Under the pieces are notes generated by a model. The model was not told the origin of the DNA and did not search any database. It saw only the letters and a program-made list of their open reading frames with translations. The position numbers were made by a program, and so were the translations under genes. A stretch of 64,000 bases of DNA. Source: a virus. The stretch spans positions 1 to 64,000 of the IMG/VR virus record IMGVR_UViG_3300025646_000028; one strand, written 5' to 3'. Below, in pieces: positions 50,531 through 60,911 of this stretch; the first letter of the stretch is position 1; each line of letters begins with the position of its first letter.

Positions 50531-51007
50531 TTATTTCTCGATATATTTCGTTAATAAACTACTAGCAGCTTCAACAACTGTTTGAACAGTTTCTGCAACT
50601 ACATCTTTAGTTTCTGCAGGTGCTAACTTTTCTAACGGTAACGGTTCAGCCGGCTTTGGTGCAAACGTTGTAAGTTTAGCAAACTCTGTTTGCAAAGCGA
50701 TCTTATCTTCTGAAGGGAGCTTAGAAGCCACCACAATAAAAGACAAAGCTTTGAATGTCGCAAGATTAACTTGTTCTAAATACTGATGCTTTTCTTCTAA
50801 AGCAATGTAGCGTTGTTCAAGTTGGTTATACTTTTCAGTTAACTGATTGAACGTTTTAATAGCTTGGCTTAGTTCAGCGTTCTTGGCGTTGTTTAAAATA
50901 ATGGACTTAACTTGGACTACGATAAACGTAACCAGTGTACCAACTGTTAAACCTCCAGCGACTGAGACTCCCCAGTATTCTTCTAAGAATTGAATAATTT
51001 GTTCCAT
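50531..51007 (-). CDS. Membrane-anchored coiled-coil protein
   Basis: N-terminal hydrophobic helix then coiled coil; AAAGGAGG RBS. Confidence 0.7.
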   Translation of the reverse strand: MEQIIQFLEEYWGVSVAGGLTVGTLVTFIVVQVKSIILNNAKNAELSQAIKTFNQLTEKYNQLEQRYIALEEKHQYLEQVNLATFKALSFIVVASKLPSEDKIALQTEFAKLTTFAPKPAEPLPLEKLAPAETKDVVAETVQTVVEAASSLLTKYIEK

Positions 51008-51024
51008 GTATTATTCCTCCTTTC

Positions 51025-51930
51025 TTATTTGTTATTTGCGCCAGTCACTTGTTGTGTGACTTGTTGCCATTGTGTAGATGTCCACTTCGATGGGTCATTA
51101 CCATATAATGTAGACATTTGACGAATCGTTTGTTGATATACATCACCAGCGTCTGATGCAGCCATTGCTGATGCGACTTGACCACGTTGTGCTGACTGTG
51201 CTAAGAAGTCTTGATAAGCTTGATCCTGTGCAGTGTTAATACCTGCTTGAGCTTCTAACCTCGCTTGGTTTAACATCTGTGCATTTTGATTCAAAGTATT
51301 AACATTTGTTAATAACATTTGCATATCTTGATTAGCAATCTGAGATTCGCTCATGCCCGCTCGTAATCGCGCCATACGTTCTGATCTAACTTGATCTGTA
51401 ATTTGTTTTACAGTTTGCGCTTGTTGCAGCGCGGCTTGTTGAAACCCGACATCTGCTAGCATAGCTTGTTGTTGGGCTTGGTTTTGATAAGACTGTTCTA
51501 GTCTTTGTAACATTTCAGCACCACCAGTTCCCGGTTCTAATGAATAAAGATCTCGATAGTATTCATTGAATGCACTAGCTTGATCACCACCTGGAACCTG
51601 TAAACCTTCATTTTGAGAAATCGTACCATCAGAATTTATACTAAATCCAAACTTATCTTTGTTGTTGTTAATAATTAAAGCTTGTGCATTACGCAAAGTT
51701 GCTGTATCTAAGCCTGTATTAAGTGCTGCTAATTCGGTCTCAGTTAAAGGACGTCCTTCTTGTAAAATTTTGTCAATTAATCTAGACGCTTCGGCAGTTT
51801 CTAAATTCCAATTAGCATTAGTACCTCGTACATCTACATTCCAGCGTTGTCCATTTTTTACAATACTTAAATCACGTAATCCTAAAAAGCCTTGACCACC
51901 AAATTGTTGTAAGTTTAATTTAAATCTCAT
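51025..51930 (-). CDS. Putative ejection/internal virion protein with N-terminal Prp cleavage motif
   Basis: Starts MRFKLNLQQF-GG; Gln/Ala-rich helical body. Confidence 0.7.
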   Translation of the reverse strand: MRFKLNLQQFGGQGFLGLRDLSIVKNGQRWNVDVRGTNANWNLETAEASRLIDKILQEGRPLTETELAALNTGLDTATLRNAQALIINNNKDKFGFSINSDGTISQNEGLQVPGGDQASAFNEYYRDLYSLEPGTGGAEMLQRLEQSYQNQAQQQAMLADVGFQQAALQQAQTVKQITDQVRSERMARLRAGMSESQIANQDMQMLLTNVNTLNQNAQMLNQARLEAQAGINTAQDQAYQDFLAQSAQRGQVASAMAASDAGDVYQQTIRQMSTLYGNDPSKWTSTQWQQVTQQVTGANNK

Positions 51931-52334
51931 ACGACTTCTCCTTTGTTTTCAAGTTCTAATAACTTAAGTTCATACTCATTAATAAGATCACGTATACGTT
52001 TTTCAAGTGAAAAAATGTATTCTTCAATATCTGGACGAATTGGTTTTGTACCAGTTATCTGATATTTATTATACGCTAAATTAGATTGATAAACATGAAT
52101 AGGTGTATTATTGTCATCAAATAATTCCACTTTAATATTTACAGTAGGTGTATTAATGTCAGGCATTTCAATAAAAGTACTTTGTTCCTTAAACTGTTTA
52201 CCATTAATAGTAAGTGTAGGATGTAAGTGCGAAGTGTTAGTTTCAAATTCATACTCTAAATAAGTATGATTAATTAATTCAGACACTTTCATCTGAACTA
52301 TTTCAACTTTACCGTTAGTTAATTTTAACTTCAT
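51927..52334 (-). CDS. Hypothetical structural protein
   Basis: ATGA-coupled within the tail operon. Confidence 0.65.
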   Translation of the reverse strand: MKLKLTNGKVEIVQMKVSELINHTYLEYEFETNTSHLHPTLTINGKQFKEQSTFIEMPDINTPTVNIKVELFDDNNTPIHVYQSNLAYNKYQITGTKPIRPDIEEYIFSLEKRIRDLINEYELKLLELENKGEVV

Positions 52335-55300
52335 ACTCTACGCTCCTTATATATAATACCAAAATGTTGCAGTTTATATAAACCTTTTGAAATAAATTGT
52401 AATTTAAATCTAAATACTTTACCTAAACCTAAAATCGAAGTACGGTGTGTAAGTAACTTACTAGAATTAAATGAACTAAAATCCATTAATATATTATTAT
52501 TTTCAAATAAATTATTTGTTAATGAGTACTTAAGTACATCTGTTGCAGTTTCTGATATTTGATTTACATCGACTAACTCGATTAAAGAATTGTCTAATTT
52601 AGGAACACTAACAAAATAACTTACTCCATTAATGTCTTGTACTTCAAGTTGTTCATTATAAAATGGTTTAGCAATAATATCATCGATATGTGTTTCAAGA
52701 TTAAATAATAAATTACTCGAGTTAAGATTCTTAAACACGACATGTAGATCACGGAATCGTTTGTTTAAATGGTTATTAAGATTCAAGTTACCTGTATCAA
52801 TTAAACAATTAATACCTTCTTTTTTAAAGTTGTTTGTAAAAGTAATGTCGACATGGTTATCACGAACATTAGGTTCAACGTAATGCATAGTAAAATAAAT
52901 TTTATTATTTTGTTCAGTAATGTACAAGTCTCCACTTTCAACAAAAAATTTATCATAAATGTTTGTAAATGTCAGCGTATCATAAACCGTATAACGATTA
53001 TTAATAACGTCATAAATAACTATATAAGTCATGACACCTGGTACATAGTAAAACATTTTAATAAAGTTAATTGACACTAAGGCCTTAATCTTAACTTGAT
53101 CTTTAGTGACACGAGTATCTTTAGCATACATAGCTAAACGTTCATTCATATATACGTCATAGTTTTGTAACACATCATTAACAGCTTTATTAAAAAATTG
53201 AATAGTAAAACGTGTTTGATCATCAATATTTGTACTTGGGCGGATCATGTATAATTGTCCATCTGCTGAGTAAAATAAAACCATCTGATTAAATACTTGA
53301 ATAACATCGGCGTATTCTTTGCTAACTAAAAGATTATAAAGAACAATTTGTTTTAACCAAGCTACACCAGTCACGTTTTGTTCTAGTTGATTTGTGGCCG
53401 GATTAATTGTAGTAACAGTTGTCTCAACTCGGTAAACTGCGTAAAGATGTTGAGTAGTAAATACAAGTATAATTGTTTTATACTGTAGTACTTTAACAAT
53501 ATCTTCACCAAACTCAATTTTGTTTTTAGCTTTAAACCAATAGTAACGTCCTTCTTCAGAAATGTACAAAACATTTTTGTTCCACACTAAAAGTCTACTG
53601 TCTTCAAAAACTAATTGGTTTAAAGAACTTAATATTTGTTCAGGTTCTTTTGTAATTGTTTTTTCAATATAAGTTACGTCATCATCATTATACCCATATT
53701 GAATGTTAAAAGATTGTACTAATGCTGTGTTGTTCCAAGCAAGCTTAATTGTTTCATCATTTGAAAAATAACTATTTGTAAGTTCACTTGTTTGATACGG
53801 CCTCATATAAAATATACCAGATAATCCTTTATCAAAAAAACCATTTTCAACTAAGTCTGGCTTAACGCTTCCAACAAAAGTCATACGTCCTTCTATACCT
53901 GTTGGGTTATCCCAGCGATATATTTTATTATCACGGGTGTCTTTATATAAAGCACCTTGTGACTTTATAGTTGGATATGCTCCACCATAAATTGGGGTCC
54001 ACGAACTTCCGCTAGGTGAAACTGTTTGTCTATAATATCCACCATTGCTTGATTGCACAACGGTATTATAAGTTGCTGTAAAAGAAGGTGCAACACCGTT
54101 AGCAGTCACAACATACCAAGGAGGTTGATCACTATAATCATTAAAATTACTTCCGCTTGTAAAACTAATTGGACTAGTTGTTGTATAATTTTTAAGTTCA
54201 GTTAAATCTGTTTGAATATCATACTTAAGCGTGTCCCAATTAAATTTAACAAATGGAAAATCATTTCTATAAAATAAATTGTAAGCATTATGATACATTG
54301 TGTACACATTAGGTGCTCCACTATTTAATCCATCTTCATTCCAATAATTTAAAGCAGCAAATGCCCAACGATACGTTATTTTTTGTGTACTAGCTGTAGT
54401 TACTTCTGTTAAAGGACCTTCATCATTGTTTACATTTTCCCATATGTATTTTTTATTTGTACGAGAGTCTATATAATAAACTCCTTGTATTCTATCTCCT
54501 ACAGAACCATAAGCACTTCCTTGTGCATACCACTGTGGAGTACCAAGCCCAACAATAGTAAGTTTATAAACTTGACCTGTACTTCTTACTTGTACTATTT
54601 GACCAAAAGAATATCCCGATGTACTTACTGGTGTTGAATTAACATAATAAGGTTGTTGATCGCCAAACTCAATAGGACTTGCAAAAGTTACACTGGCAGT
54701 AGTTTCTACATGAGTATTATTAGAACCGAATGGAAGTAATTTAAATACAATATCATTATTGTTATTAAACATTCCATCACTATTAATACGATCAATTAAT
54801 TCTGTACCTGTTAAAAAAAGATTGTATTCATCATTAATAGAACCTTTTTCTATAACAAACGATTCCGTTAAAGACTTTGCAGTGCTCTGCATACTTTCAT
54901 CAAAAATAGAATATTGATCACCGCCAGGAATTGTATTTAAATTGTAAACATAAAAAAAGGCTGAACTTGAAAGCGTGTCAATAACATCTATTAAACTTTT
55001 TTTATCTTTAATTTTTTCAAGTTCAGCTAACCAAGTATCTTGTATATTTTTAATTGTACTAAAAAATAAAAAATAAGGAGCAGTAGCATAGTTAACAAAG
55101 TTACCTAATGAATCTTTACCAAAAAAAGTTTCAGTAAAATCTTGAGTTGAGCTATTAAAACTTTTAGAACTTACGGATGGGTATAAAGTTTTAGGAAAAA
55201 TAAATATAACATGCCTTGCACCTTTATAATGATTTTCAGATCGATCAGCACTATCTAAACTTATTGAATTATCAAAGTTTGCTTTAGGAAAAATTTCTAC

Positions 55301-56332
55301 AGGTGCATTACCATTTCCATAAGTAAACCAAGGTGTAGTAAAACTAGCGTCTTTGGTTTGATCTCCTACTGTTGTTGATGTATTAAATAACTCCAAACGA
55401 TAAGCCCATTTGTCACTAGTGTTTACATCATTATTTAAATCATAGTATGCAGGGTTTAATGAAAAGTAAGGTTTAATATTATAATTAATATTACGGTACA
55501 TAAAGTTATTAATGTAATTATTACTACTATCATAAATATAAACAAAGTTTCCTAAGTTACTATTATGTCCAGTTGGTTTTGATGCATAAAGTATTTGCAT
55601 TGGGTCTGGAATAATAGATTTACTGACAGACAAATTACGTTCACTAGAAACTAATGTCGGATGTTTAAAGTTATCAACACATTCAAATATTAATACATTT
55701 CCATTAGCATATTCAACGCCGTTAATAGTTACAGCATCGCTGCGATAGTACATTTGAATAGTTAATGTAATTGTTGGATTATCAGGAATCGCTAGGTAAG
55801 CTTTAACTAATGTTTTTCGTATACCATTTTCATCATAAATAAATTCAACTTTAGTTTCAGGAATAATAGTCAAATAACTTTGTATATAAGTTAAAGTATT
55901 ATCATAACCTGCACCTACATAATAAGTGTGCACAGCTGGTACAGTTTCATCTAAGTAAGTAAAAAAACTACTCCAATCAAATTCAGCTATAGTAGCCTCA
56001 ATAGGTAAGTATTGATTCGTTAAATTATATGCAGATAAATCAGCACGGTAACCTTTTTTCTGCGTAAAATCATAGATAATATACGCAGAATCGTCTGCAC
56101 TTTTAAAAATAATTGTTTTATTACTTAATGAAGTATCACCTGGATTTGTAAAAGCTGTCGTAATAAAACCATCACGTGGTTGTACAGATTGACCAGTATC
56201 AGATATATCAAAGTTTACGATATGTTTAAAGAATCCTTCTTGCAAAGGATCCGTTGTTGCAATCATTCCTAGATAACGTGTGTTATCGTAAAATGATTTT
56301 TCAGGATAACCCTGTACTGCTTTACGCGCCAT
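52331..56332 (-). CDS. Tail nozzle/stabilisation-like protein (1333 aa, beta-rich)
   Basis: Follows the adaptor gene; N-terminal IVNFDI...QPRDG and C-terminal TGNLNL...KRFRDL...FRFKLQ patterns typical of podovirus tail tubular protein B-like proteins. Confidence 0.65.
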   Translation of the reverse strand: MARKAVQGYPEKSFYDNTRYLGMIATTDPLQEGFFKHIVNFDISDTGQSVQPRDGFITTAFTNPGDTSLSNKTIIFKSADDSAYIIYDFTQKKGYRADLSAYNLTNQYLPIEATIAEFDWSSFFTYLDETVPAVHTYYVGAGYDNTLTYIQSYLTIIPETKVEFIYDENGIRKTLVKAYLAIPDNPTITLTIQMYYRSDAVTINGVEYANGNVLIFECVDNFKHPTLVSSERNLSVSKSIIPDPMQILYASKPTGHNSNLGNFVYIYDSSNNYINNFMYRNINYNIKPYFSLNPAYYDLNNDVNTSDKWAYRLELFNTSTTVGDQTKDASFTTPWFTYGNGNAPVEIFPKANFDNSISLDSADRSENHYKGARHVIFIFPKTLYPSVSSKSFNSSTQDFTETFFGKDSLGNFVNYATAPYFLFFSTIKNIQDTWLAELEKIKDKKSLIDVIDTLSSSAFFYVYNLNTIPGGDQYSIFDESMQSTAKSLTESFVIEKGSINDEYNLFLTGTELIDRINSDGMFNNNNDIVFKLLPFGSNNTHVETTASVTFASPIEFGDQQPYYVNSTPVSTSGYSFGQIVQVRSTGQVYKLTIVGLGTPQWYAQGSAYGSVGDRIQGVYYIDSRTNKKYIWENVNNDEGPLTEVTTASTQKITYRWAFAALNYWNEDGLNSGAPNVYTMYHNAYNLFYRNDFPFVKFNWDTLKYDIQTDLTELKNYTTTSPISFTSGSNFNDYSDQPPWYVVTANGVAPSFTATYNTVVQSSNGGYYRQTVSPSGSSWTPIYGGAYPTIKSQGALYKDTRDNKIYRWDNPTGIEGRMTFVGSVKPDLVENGFFDKGLSGIFYMRPYQTSELTNSYFSNDETIKLAWNNTALVQSFNIQYGYNDDDVTYIEKTITKEPEQILSSLNQLVFEDSRLLVWNKNVLYISEEGRYYWFKAKNKIEFGEDIVKVLQYKTIILVFTTQHLYAVYRVETTVTTINPATNQLEQNVTGVAWLKQIVLYNLLVSKEYADVIQVFNQMVLFYSADGQLYMIRPSTNIDDQTRFTIQFFNKAVNDVLQNYDVYMNERLAMYAKDTRVTKDQVKIKALVSINFIKMFYYVPGVMTYIVIYDVINNRYTVYDTLTFTNIYDKFFVESGDLYITEQNNKIYFTMHYVEPNVRDNHVDITFTNNFKKEGINCLIDTGNLNLNNHLNKRFRDLHVVFKNLNSSNLLFNLETHIDDIIAKPFYNEQLEVQDINGVSYFVSVPKLDNSLIELVDVNQISETATDVLKYSLTNNLFENNNILMDFSSFNSSKLLTHRTSILGLGKVFRFKLQFISKGLYKLQHFGIIYKERRV

Positions 56333-57581
56333 TATAACCCCAAATAATTTCTACACTATAATCGTTGCTTGGATTACTAGGAGCGTACCAATCAGCAGCC
56401 CATCCTGCAGGTTTGTTCGCTTCTAAACGACGGCATTTAATAACAAGATGTTTACCTGCTACTTCAGGGAACGCTAACGATGAAATTGTTGTAACACTTG
56501 TAGGAATAATAATTTCTTTTAAATTAGGTGTAGACGAAAATGCGCTTGCTCCAATAGATTCAAGACCTTCATTAAGTTCAATACGATCACCTTTAAATCC
56601 TGCAAACCCGCCAAGACTAACTGTATTAACAGAGCTAGGTAAGTAGATACCGCCTAGTACATCTAACGTAGGAGCATTAGCAGATACAAAGCTAGTAGGT
56701 ATTGTAATAACTTGAATACCTCCGACATATTCTGGAATAACTAAGTTAACAAGGTTAGCGCGATGTGTCGAACTAATAGTTACAATACCGCTCGAAGTAA
56801 TATTAAGTACAGAGCTTGGTGTCCAGTAAGCATAAAGATTTAAATCAGCACGCATTTTAATAACAGTAGGAACTCCAGGTACTTCTACGTAACTAGATCC
56901 TACAACTAAACCATTGATACGATCACGTCCCCATCCAGCGAATGTAAATACTGTAGCTCCATCAATACTGTAAAAAGTATTGTTAGGTGATGCTGGAAAT
57001 AAAACAGTAGCTTCTTCGTCATAGACATAAGACTTAGGGTCTACAGGAAATGTAGAAGTCAAAGCTAGTTCGTTGTTATTAGGAAAATATTTAATTTGAA
57101 ATTTAAATGTAGGAATGTTTAAGTTGCGATCATTGTGTTGTGTAATACCAAGTGCTGTATCTTCTCCAAAGAAAACACCTTCACCAGGGTTTTGTCTGAA
57201 TTCAAACGGTACGCTATTAAATTCGCGTTGGAACATGTCAAACAAACCTTCTTGCATTTCGTTAGTATACTTAGTAAACACTGTTGTAAACTCTTCATCA
57301 CGAGCAAGAATTTCTGTAGCTATGTAAGGAATAATAACACTGTGAAAATATTCTTCTTTAATAATTTCGTATTCAGTTGTTACTTCATCTACTGTGTTAG
57401 TAATACTATATGTGTCTTCAGGCGCTTTTAAATAATCCGAAAGCTTAGGATATTTTGTACCCATAAAACCGTTGATTTTATTGATAGCTTTATCTGCATC
57501 ATACTTAACATCAAACCACGTTAAGTTGTAACGTAAGGTTAGTTGGTTCAGTCTATCAATCAGTTCTTGTTGTGTTAACAT
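56322..57581 (-). CDS. Head-tail adaptor-like protein fused to an InlB-B-like repeat and BspA-type leucine-rich repeats
   Basis: Helical N-terminal domain in adaptor position; TFAGW...LYAYW; IYLPSSVNTV, LESIGASAF, IIIPTSVTTISSLAF; KPAGWAADW cap. Confidence 0.7.
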   Translation of the reverse strand: MLTQQELIDRLNQLTLRYNLTWFDVKYDADKAINKINGFMGTKYPKLSDYLKAPEDTYSITNTVDEVTTEYEIIKEEYFHSVIIPYIATEILARDEEFTTVFTKYTNEMQEGLFDMFQREFNSVPFEFRQNPGEGVFFGEDTALGITQHNDRNLNIPTFKFQIKYFPNNNELALTSTFPVDPKSYVYDEEATVLFPASPNNTFYSIDGATVFTFAGWGRDRINGLVVGSSYVEVPGVPTVIKMRADLNLYAYWTPSSVLNITSSGIVTISSTHRANLVNLVIPEYVGGIQVITIPTSFVSANAPTLDVLGGIYLPSSVNTVSLGGFAGFKGDRIELNEGLESIGASAFSSTPNLKEIIIPTSVTTISSLAFPEVAGKHLVIKCRRLEANKPAGWAADWYAPSNPSNDYSVEIIWGYNGA

Positions 57582-57608
57582 TGCAAAAATTCCTCATTAT
57601 CTATTTTG

Positions 57609-57617
57609 ATTATATCA
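57609..57617 (-). promoter_or_regulatory. Extended -10 promoter TGATATAAT for the tail operon
   Basis: Intergenic, downstream of a terminator, upstream of a GAGG RBS. Confidence 0.65.
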
Positions 57618-57645
57618 CAAAACAAAATAAACAATAGTGTGTAAA

Positions 57646-57670
57646 TAAAAAACACACCCGAAGGTGTGTC
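57646..57670 (-). terminator. Intrinsic terminator after the scaffold gene
   Basis: GACACACC-TTCG-GGTGTGTT followed by a T-tract. Confidence 0.85.
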
Positions 57671-57678
57671 TTTTACTT

Positions 57679-58530
57679 TTATTTCTTAGCAGCTTGTGCT
57701 AGTAAATCTTGTAAGGACGGCCCAGTAGTATTTGTAGTTTTAGGCTGAGAAGGTTTAGCAGGATTTGCGGCAGGCACTTTAGCTTGTCGTGTGCTTTCTT
57801 CTTGAAATTTAACTTTTGCTTGTTCAACTGCGTTATCAATTTCACGTTTAAGTAATTGATCACGGTAGACTAAGATATAAAGATCTTGAAGATCGCCACC
57901 TTGTGCTAACCATTGATATGGATTTTTCTTTTGTGACATTGCGTCTTTAAAGAAGTTATTGATTTCTCCACCTTTAAGATTCATGTTTAGTTGCAAGTTA
58001 GTTAATGCACGATCCATAGAAACTTGTAAGCGTTGTTTGTTAAGTTCAATTTTTTCTTTTTCAATGCGATCAATTTCAGCTTGGACTTCAGGAGTAATCC
58101 CACGTGATTCAGCTTTAACTTTTGTATCAGCTTCATCCATTGCTTTAGTCAACGCATCATAGTCGACTTTGCCATCAACATTAAAGTCTTTAATCTTAAA
58201 GCCGTAGTCACCGTTAGTAAAACGAGTAATAGCTCCTTCGATTTTTTCCCGCATTTGTTTTTCCGTGGTGTACTTTTCACGGACTTCTTTCATCGGGTTA
58301 GGTTTCTTTTCACTTTCTTCTGCAGGTTTTGCAGGTTTTGTTTCAACAGTTTTTCCAGTACTTCCTTCACTTTCAACAGGCGCTTCTTCAGCTTCTTCAG
58401 GTTCAGTTCCTTCTACAGGAGCCGCAACCACTTCTTCTTCAGGAGCTTCTGGAGCTTCTTGAGGTTCTGGTGCAGGACCACCAGCTGCTTGAGTTAAGGC
58501 TTCTTCTAAACTAATTTTTTTGTCTGCCAT
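57679..58530 (-). CDS. Capsid scaffolding protein
   Basis: Acidic Pro/Glu-rich N-terminus, coiled-coil core, located between portal and tail genes. Confidence 0.7.
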   Translation of the reverse strand: MADKKISLEEALTQAAGGPAPEPQEAPEAPEEEVVAAPVEGTEPEEAEEAPVESEGSTGKTVETKPAKPAEESEKKPNPMKEVREKYTTEKQMREKIEGAITRFTNGDYGFKIKDFNVDGKVDYDALTKAMDEADTKVKAESRGITPEVQAEIDRIEKEKIELNKQRLQVSMDRALTNLQLNMNLKGGEINNFFKDAMSQKKNPYQWLAQGGDLQDLYILVYRDQLLKREIDNAVEQAKVKFQEESTRQAKVPAANPAKPSQPKTTNTTGPSLQDLLAQAAKK

Positions 58531-58532
58531 AA

Positions 58533-58694
58533 TTATTTATCTCCTTTTTCTTCTTTATCAGCAGCAGCGTTGGTTTCGTTAACGACAGCAACAATGTTTT
58601 CAATAAACTTGCTGACTTGTTCGTAAGGTAACTTAGACAACCCTGATAAGATAACATTAAGTTCGGCTAACGTAAATTCGAATTGGTACTTCAT
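58533..58694 (-). CDS. Small helical phage protein (FTLAELNVILSGLSKLPYEQV)
   Basis: AAAGGAG RBS before ATG 58694. Confidence 0.65.
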   Translation of the reverse strand: MKYQFEFTLAELNVILSGLSKLPYEQVSKFIENIVAVVNETNAAADKEEKGDK

Positions 58695-58695
58695 A

Positions 58696-59046
58696 TTAAT
58701 CTCCTTTAAATTTTTTGAGTACTTCAATGTACAGTTTTGCGTCTATTAAGGCGTTTTTAATTCTGTCCTTAAGAATTTTAATGTATTCATCTTCACTTGC
58801 AAGTACTTGATTCTCATCAATGACTCGCTGTAGCTCATCTAATGTCGCTTGATGCACATTAATTTGTCGGACACTGAACTGAATAGGATTCGGGATATGT
58901 ATGTCCGGTACTTTTTTCCCTAAAGATAATTTAGAAATGTAAGATGGAGACACATTGTATTTAGCTGCGACATCTTTGTTTAACATTCCTAAGCCAATAT
59001 CTGCCAGGATTTGCATATCCTTTTCGGCGCTAATTCGTTTTGGCAT
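58696..59046 (-). CDS. Helix-turn-helix DNA-binding protein
   Basis: GMLNKDVAAKYNVSPSYISKL HTH; AAAGGAG RBS before ATG 59046. Confidence 0.75.
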   Translation of the reverse strand: MPKRISAEKDMQILADIGLGMLNKDVAAKYNVSPSYISKLSLGKKVPDIHIPNPIQFSVRQINVHQATLDELQRVIDENQVLASEDEYIKILKDRIKNALIDAKLYIEVLKKFKGD

Positions 59047-60232
59047 AATCAACTCCTTTCTTTATATCAGCAAGATATTGTAACCCAATTGATCGACGGC
59101 TGATTAGGTTAGTCATTAACTGACCATCCATAAACGTGTTGCTATAATCAATAGCCAGTGGTACTTGTAATATTAGTGGAGCGATCTTAGAAACTGCATT
59201 GATCACAATCCAGAAAGGATCTTGTTGATACGAAGACACAGCCGTTACTGTGATAAGTATTGCGAATAAAAACGTAGTTGCAATTGTCCAGAATATTTTA
59301 CTAGTAGCATCTTTAGCAAGACGGCGTTCATTACTATTAAGCAATGAGTAGCTATCCACACTAACGCCTTCATTTTCAGTACCGTTGTAAACAAACATCG
59401 GACTGATGTATTTAAAGTGTTTTACAAAACCATCAATAACATATTCTTTAATATAATCTTCTTCGAGTAATTGTAAGTAACGTTCTTTCTTTTTAAGATA
59501 GTATATTTCTTTACGTGTAAGTTCACCTAAACTTTCAAGTATAAGTTTAGCGTCTTCACCTTTACGCAACGCATTAAAGTATGGTTTAAACTTTTTACGA
59601 ATTGCATAGTTAGCTTTACGTTCTAGTAAGTCAATGTTGTACTTAACGTTAGATCGATGTTGTTGTATTTTACGTTGACGATTAAACACATCATGTATCC
59701 ACGGTTCAAATGTAACAGGATCTAAATGTTTTTCCGTCATCTCATCGACTTCGTTAGAAATATCAACGTAGCGTTTATATCTTTCTCTAGCTAAAGTAAT
59801 TAAGTAATTAAACAAGCTATAGAACAACATAATTGCTGATCCAAGAGATATTGCTGTTGATATATACCAGAACGGGTATTCAAAAAAGAATTTTGTATTA
59901 ACTTGTATTTTAAAGTTGTCAGGAATTTCTACTTCAAATGGATTTGTACCAGGATTTTGTAACACATAGTTAGCAATGTATAAATTAATTGCTTGCTCTG
60001 AGTACCATGTAATACGGTAGTTATTATTTTCCGCTTTAAGAACTTCATACTCTCCGTATGTCATATCGACTGCGCCAACTGTGTACTGAGCTTGTCCTTC
60101 AATAACAGGAAGCACACCGTTAATTCCTAGTACAACAAGTAAAGAAAGTAGTAAGAAAATAACACTACGAGATTTTTTATTCGTAATAATTTGTGTTGCT
60201 TTCTCTACTGCTTGTTCTACTTTGTCAGACAT
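59030..60232 (-). CDS. Multi-pass membrane protein (400 aa)
   Basis: Three to four hydrophobic helices flanking soluble domains. Confidence 0.7.
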   Translation of the reverse strand: MSDKVEQAVEKATQIITNKKSRSVIFLLLSLLVVLGINGVLPVIEGQAQYTVGAVDMTYGEYEVLKAENNNYRITWYSEQAINLYIANYVLQNPGTNPFEVEIPDNFKIQVNTKFFFEYPFWYISTAISLGSAIMLFYSLFNYLITLARERYKRYVDISNEVDEMTEKHLDPVTFEPWIHDVFNRQRKIQQHRSNVKYNIDLLERKANYAIRKKFKPYFNALRKGEDAKLILESLGELTRKEIYYLKKKERYLQLLEEDYIKEYVIDGFVKHFKYISPMFVYNGTENEGVSVDSYSLLNSNERRLAKDATSKIFWTIATTFLFAILITVTAVSSYQQDPFWIVINAVSKIAPLILQVPLAIDYSNTFMDGQLMTNLISRRSIGLQYLADIKKGVDYAKTN

Positions 60233-60233
60233 T

Positions 60234-60464
60234 TTATAACGCTTCTCTTAAAGCTTCTACTGCCGTTTTAATTAATACAAGTTGTTGGTTACGTTCTTCT
60301 TTATCTTCATACGTAATAACAATGGGTTCCCGTACATCAGCAATCCATACAGTAATTCCATACATTTCTGGTGTTTGCATTGTTTGTGGGATTGTCATTT
60401 TACCGTATCCCAAAATAAAACGCGGGTCTAAACTTACATCTTTTAATTCTACAAATGTTGCCAT
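60234..60464 (-). CDS. Hypothetical protein
   Basis: AAGGAGG RBS. Confidence 0.7.
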   Translation of the reverse strand: MATFVELKDVSLDPRFILGYGKMTIPQTMQTPEMYGITVWIADVREPIVITYEDKEERNQQLVLIKTAVEALREAL

Positions 60465-60473
60465 AAGGCCTCC

Positions 60474-60911
60474 TTAATTTTTGACAAGGTATTCTAACTT
60501 GTCATTATTTGCGCCTACAACTTCTGCTTTAATAAACTTAGCCAGGCGATGCATACGTTTATTGTCTTCATGTACTACAAACTTTATAGGTCTGAGATAA
60601 AACTTTTTTAAATGAGTAAACATTTCTAGTAATAATGGGAGTGAACCAACTCTTTTATTAGGAACTAAATATAGTTCTTTTATAAACAATATTTCAGTTT
60701 GATCAAGACTTATTGATACAAACCCTATTGTTTCACCTGAGTTGTCTACAATCATTAGACAACTGCCTTTGATAATATTGTGGTGTAGTTCTGTAAGCTT
60801 GATATAGAAGTATGAGTTATCAAAGAATAAATACTTTTTATCTTCATCACTCATAGTTGTGAACATATCAATGACTTTATATAAGTCAGGATAAGAACTA
60901 TAGTATATCAT
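60474..60911 (-). CDS. GNAT-fold acetyltransferase-like protein
   Basis: GETIGFV...FIKELYLVPNKR...VHEDNKRMHRLAK pattern. Confidence 0.65.
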   Translation of the reverse strand: MIYYSSYPDLYKVIDMFTTMSDEDKKYLFFDNSYFYIKLTELHHNIIKGSCLMIVDNSGETIGFVSISLDQTEILFIKELYLVPNKRVGSLPLLLEMFTHLKKFYLRPIKFVVHEDNKRMHRLAKFIKAEVVGANNDKLEYLVKN

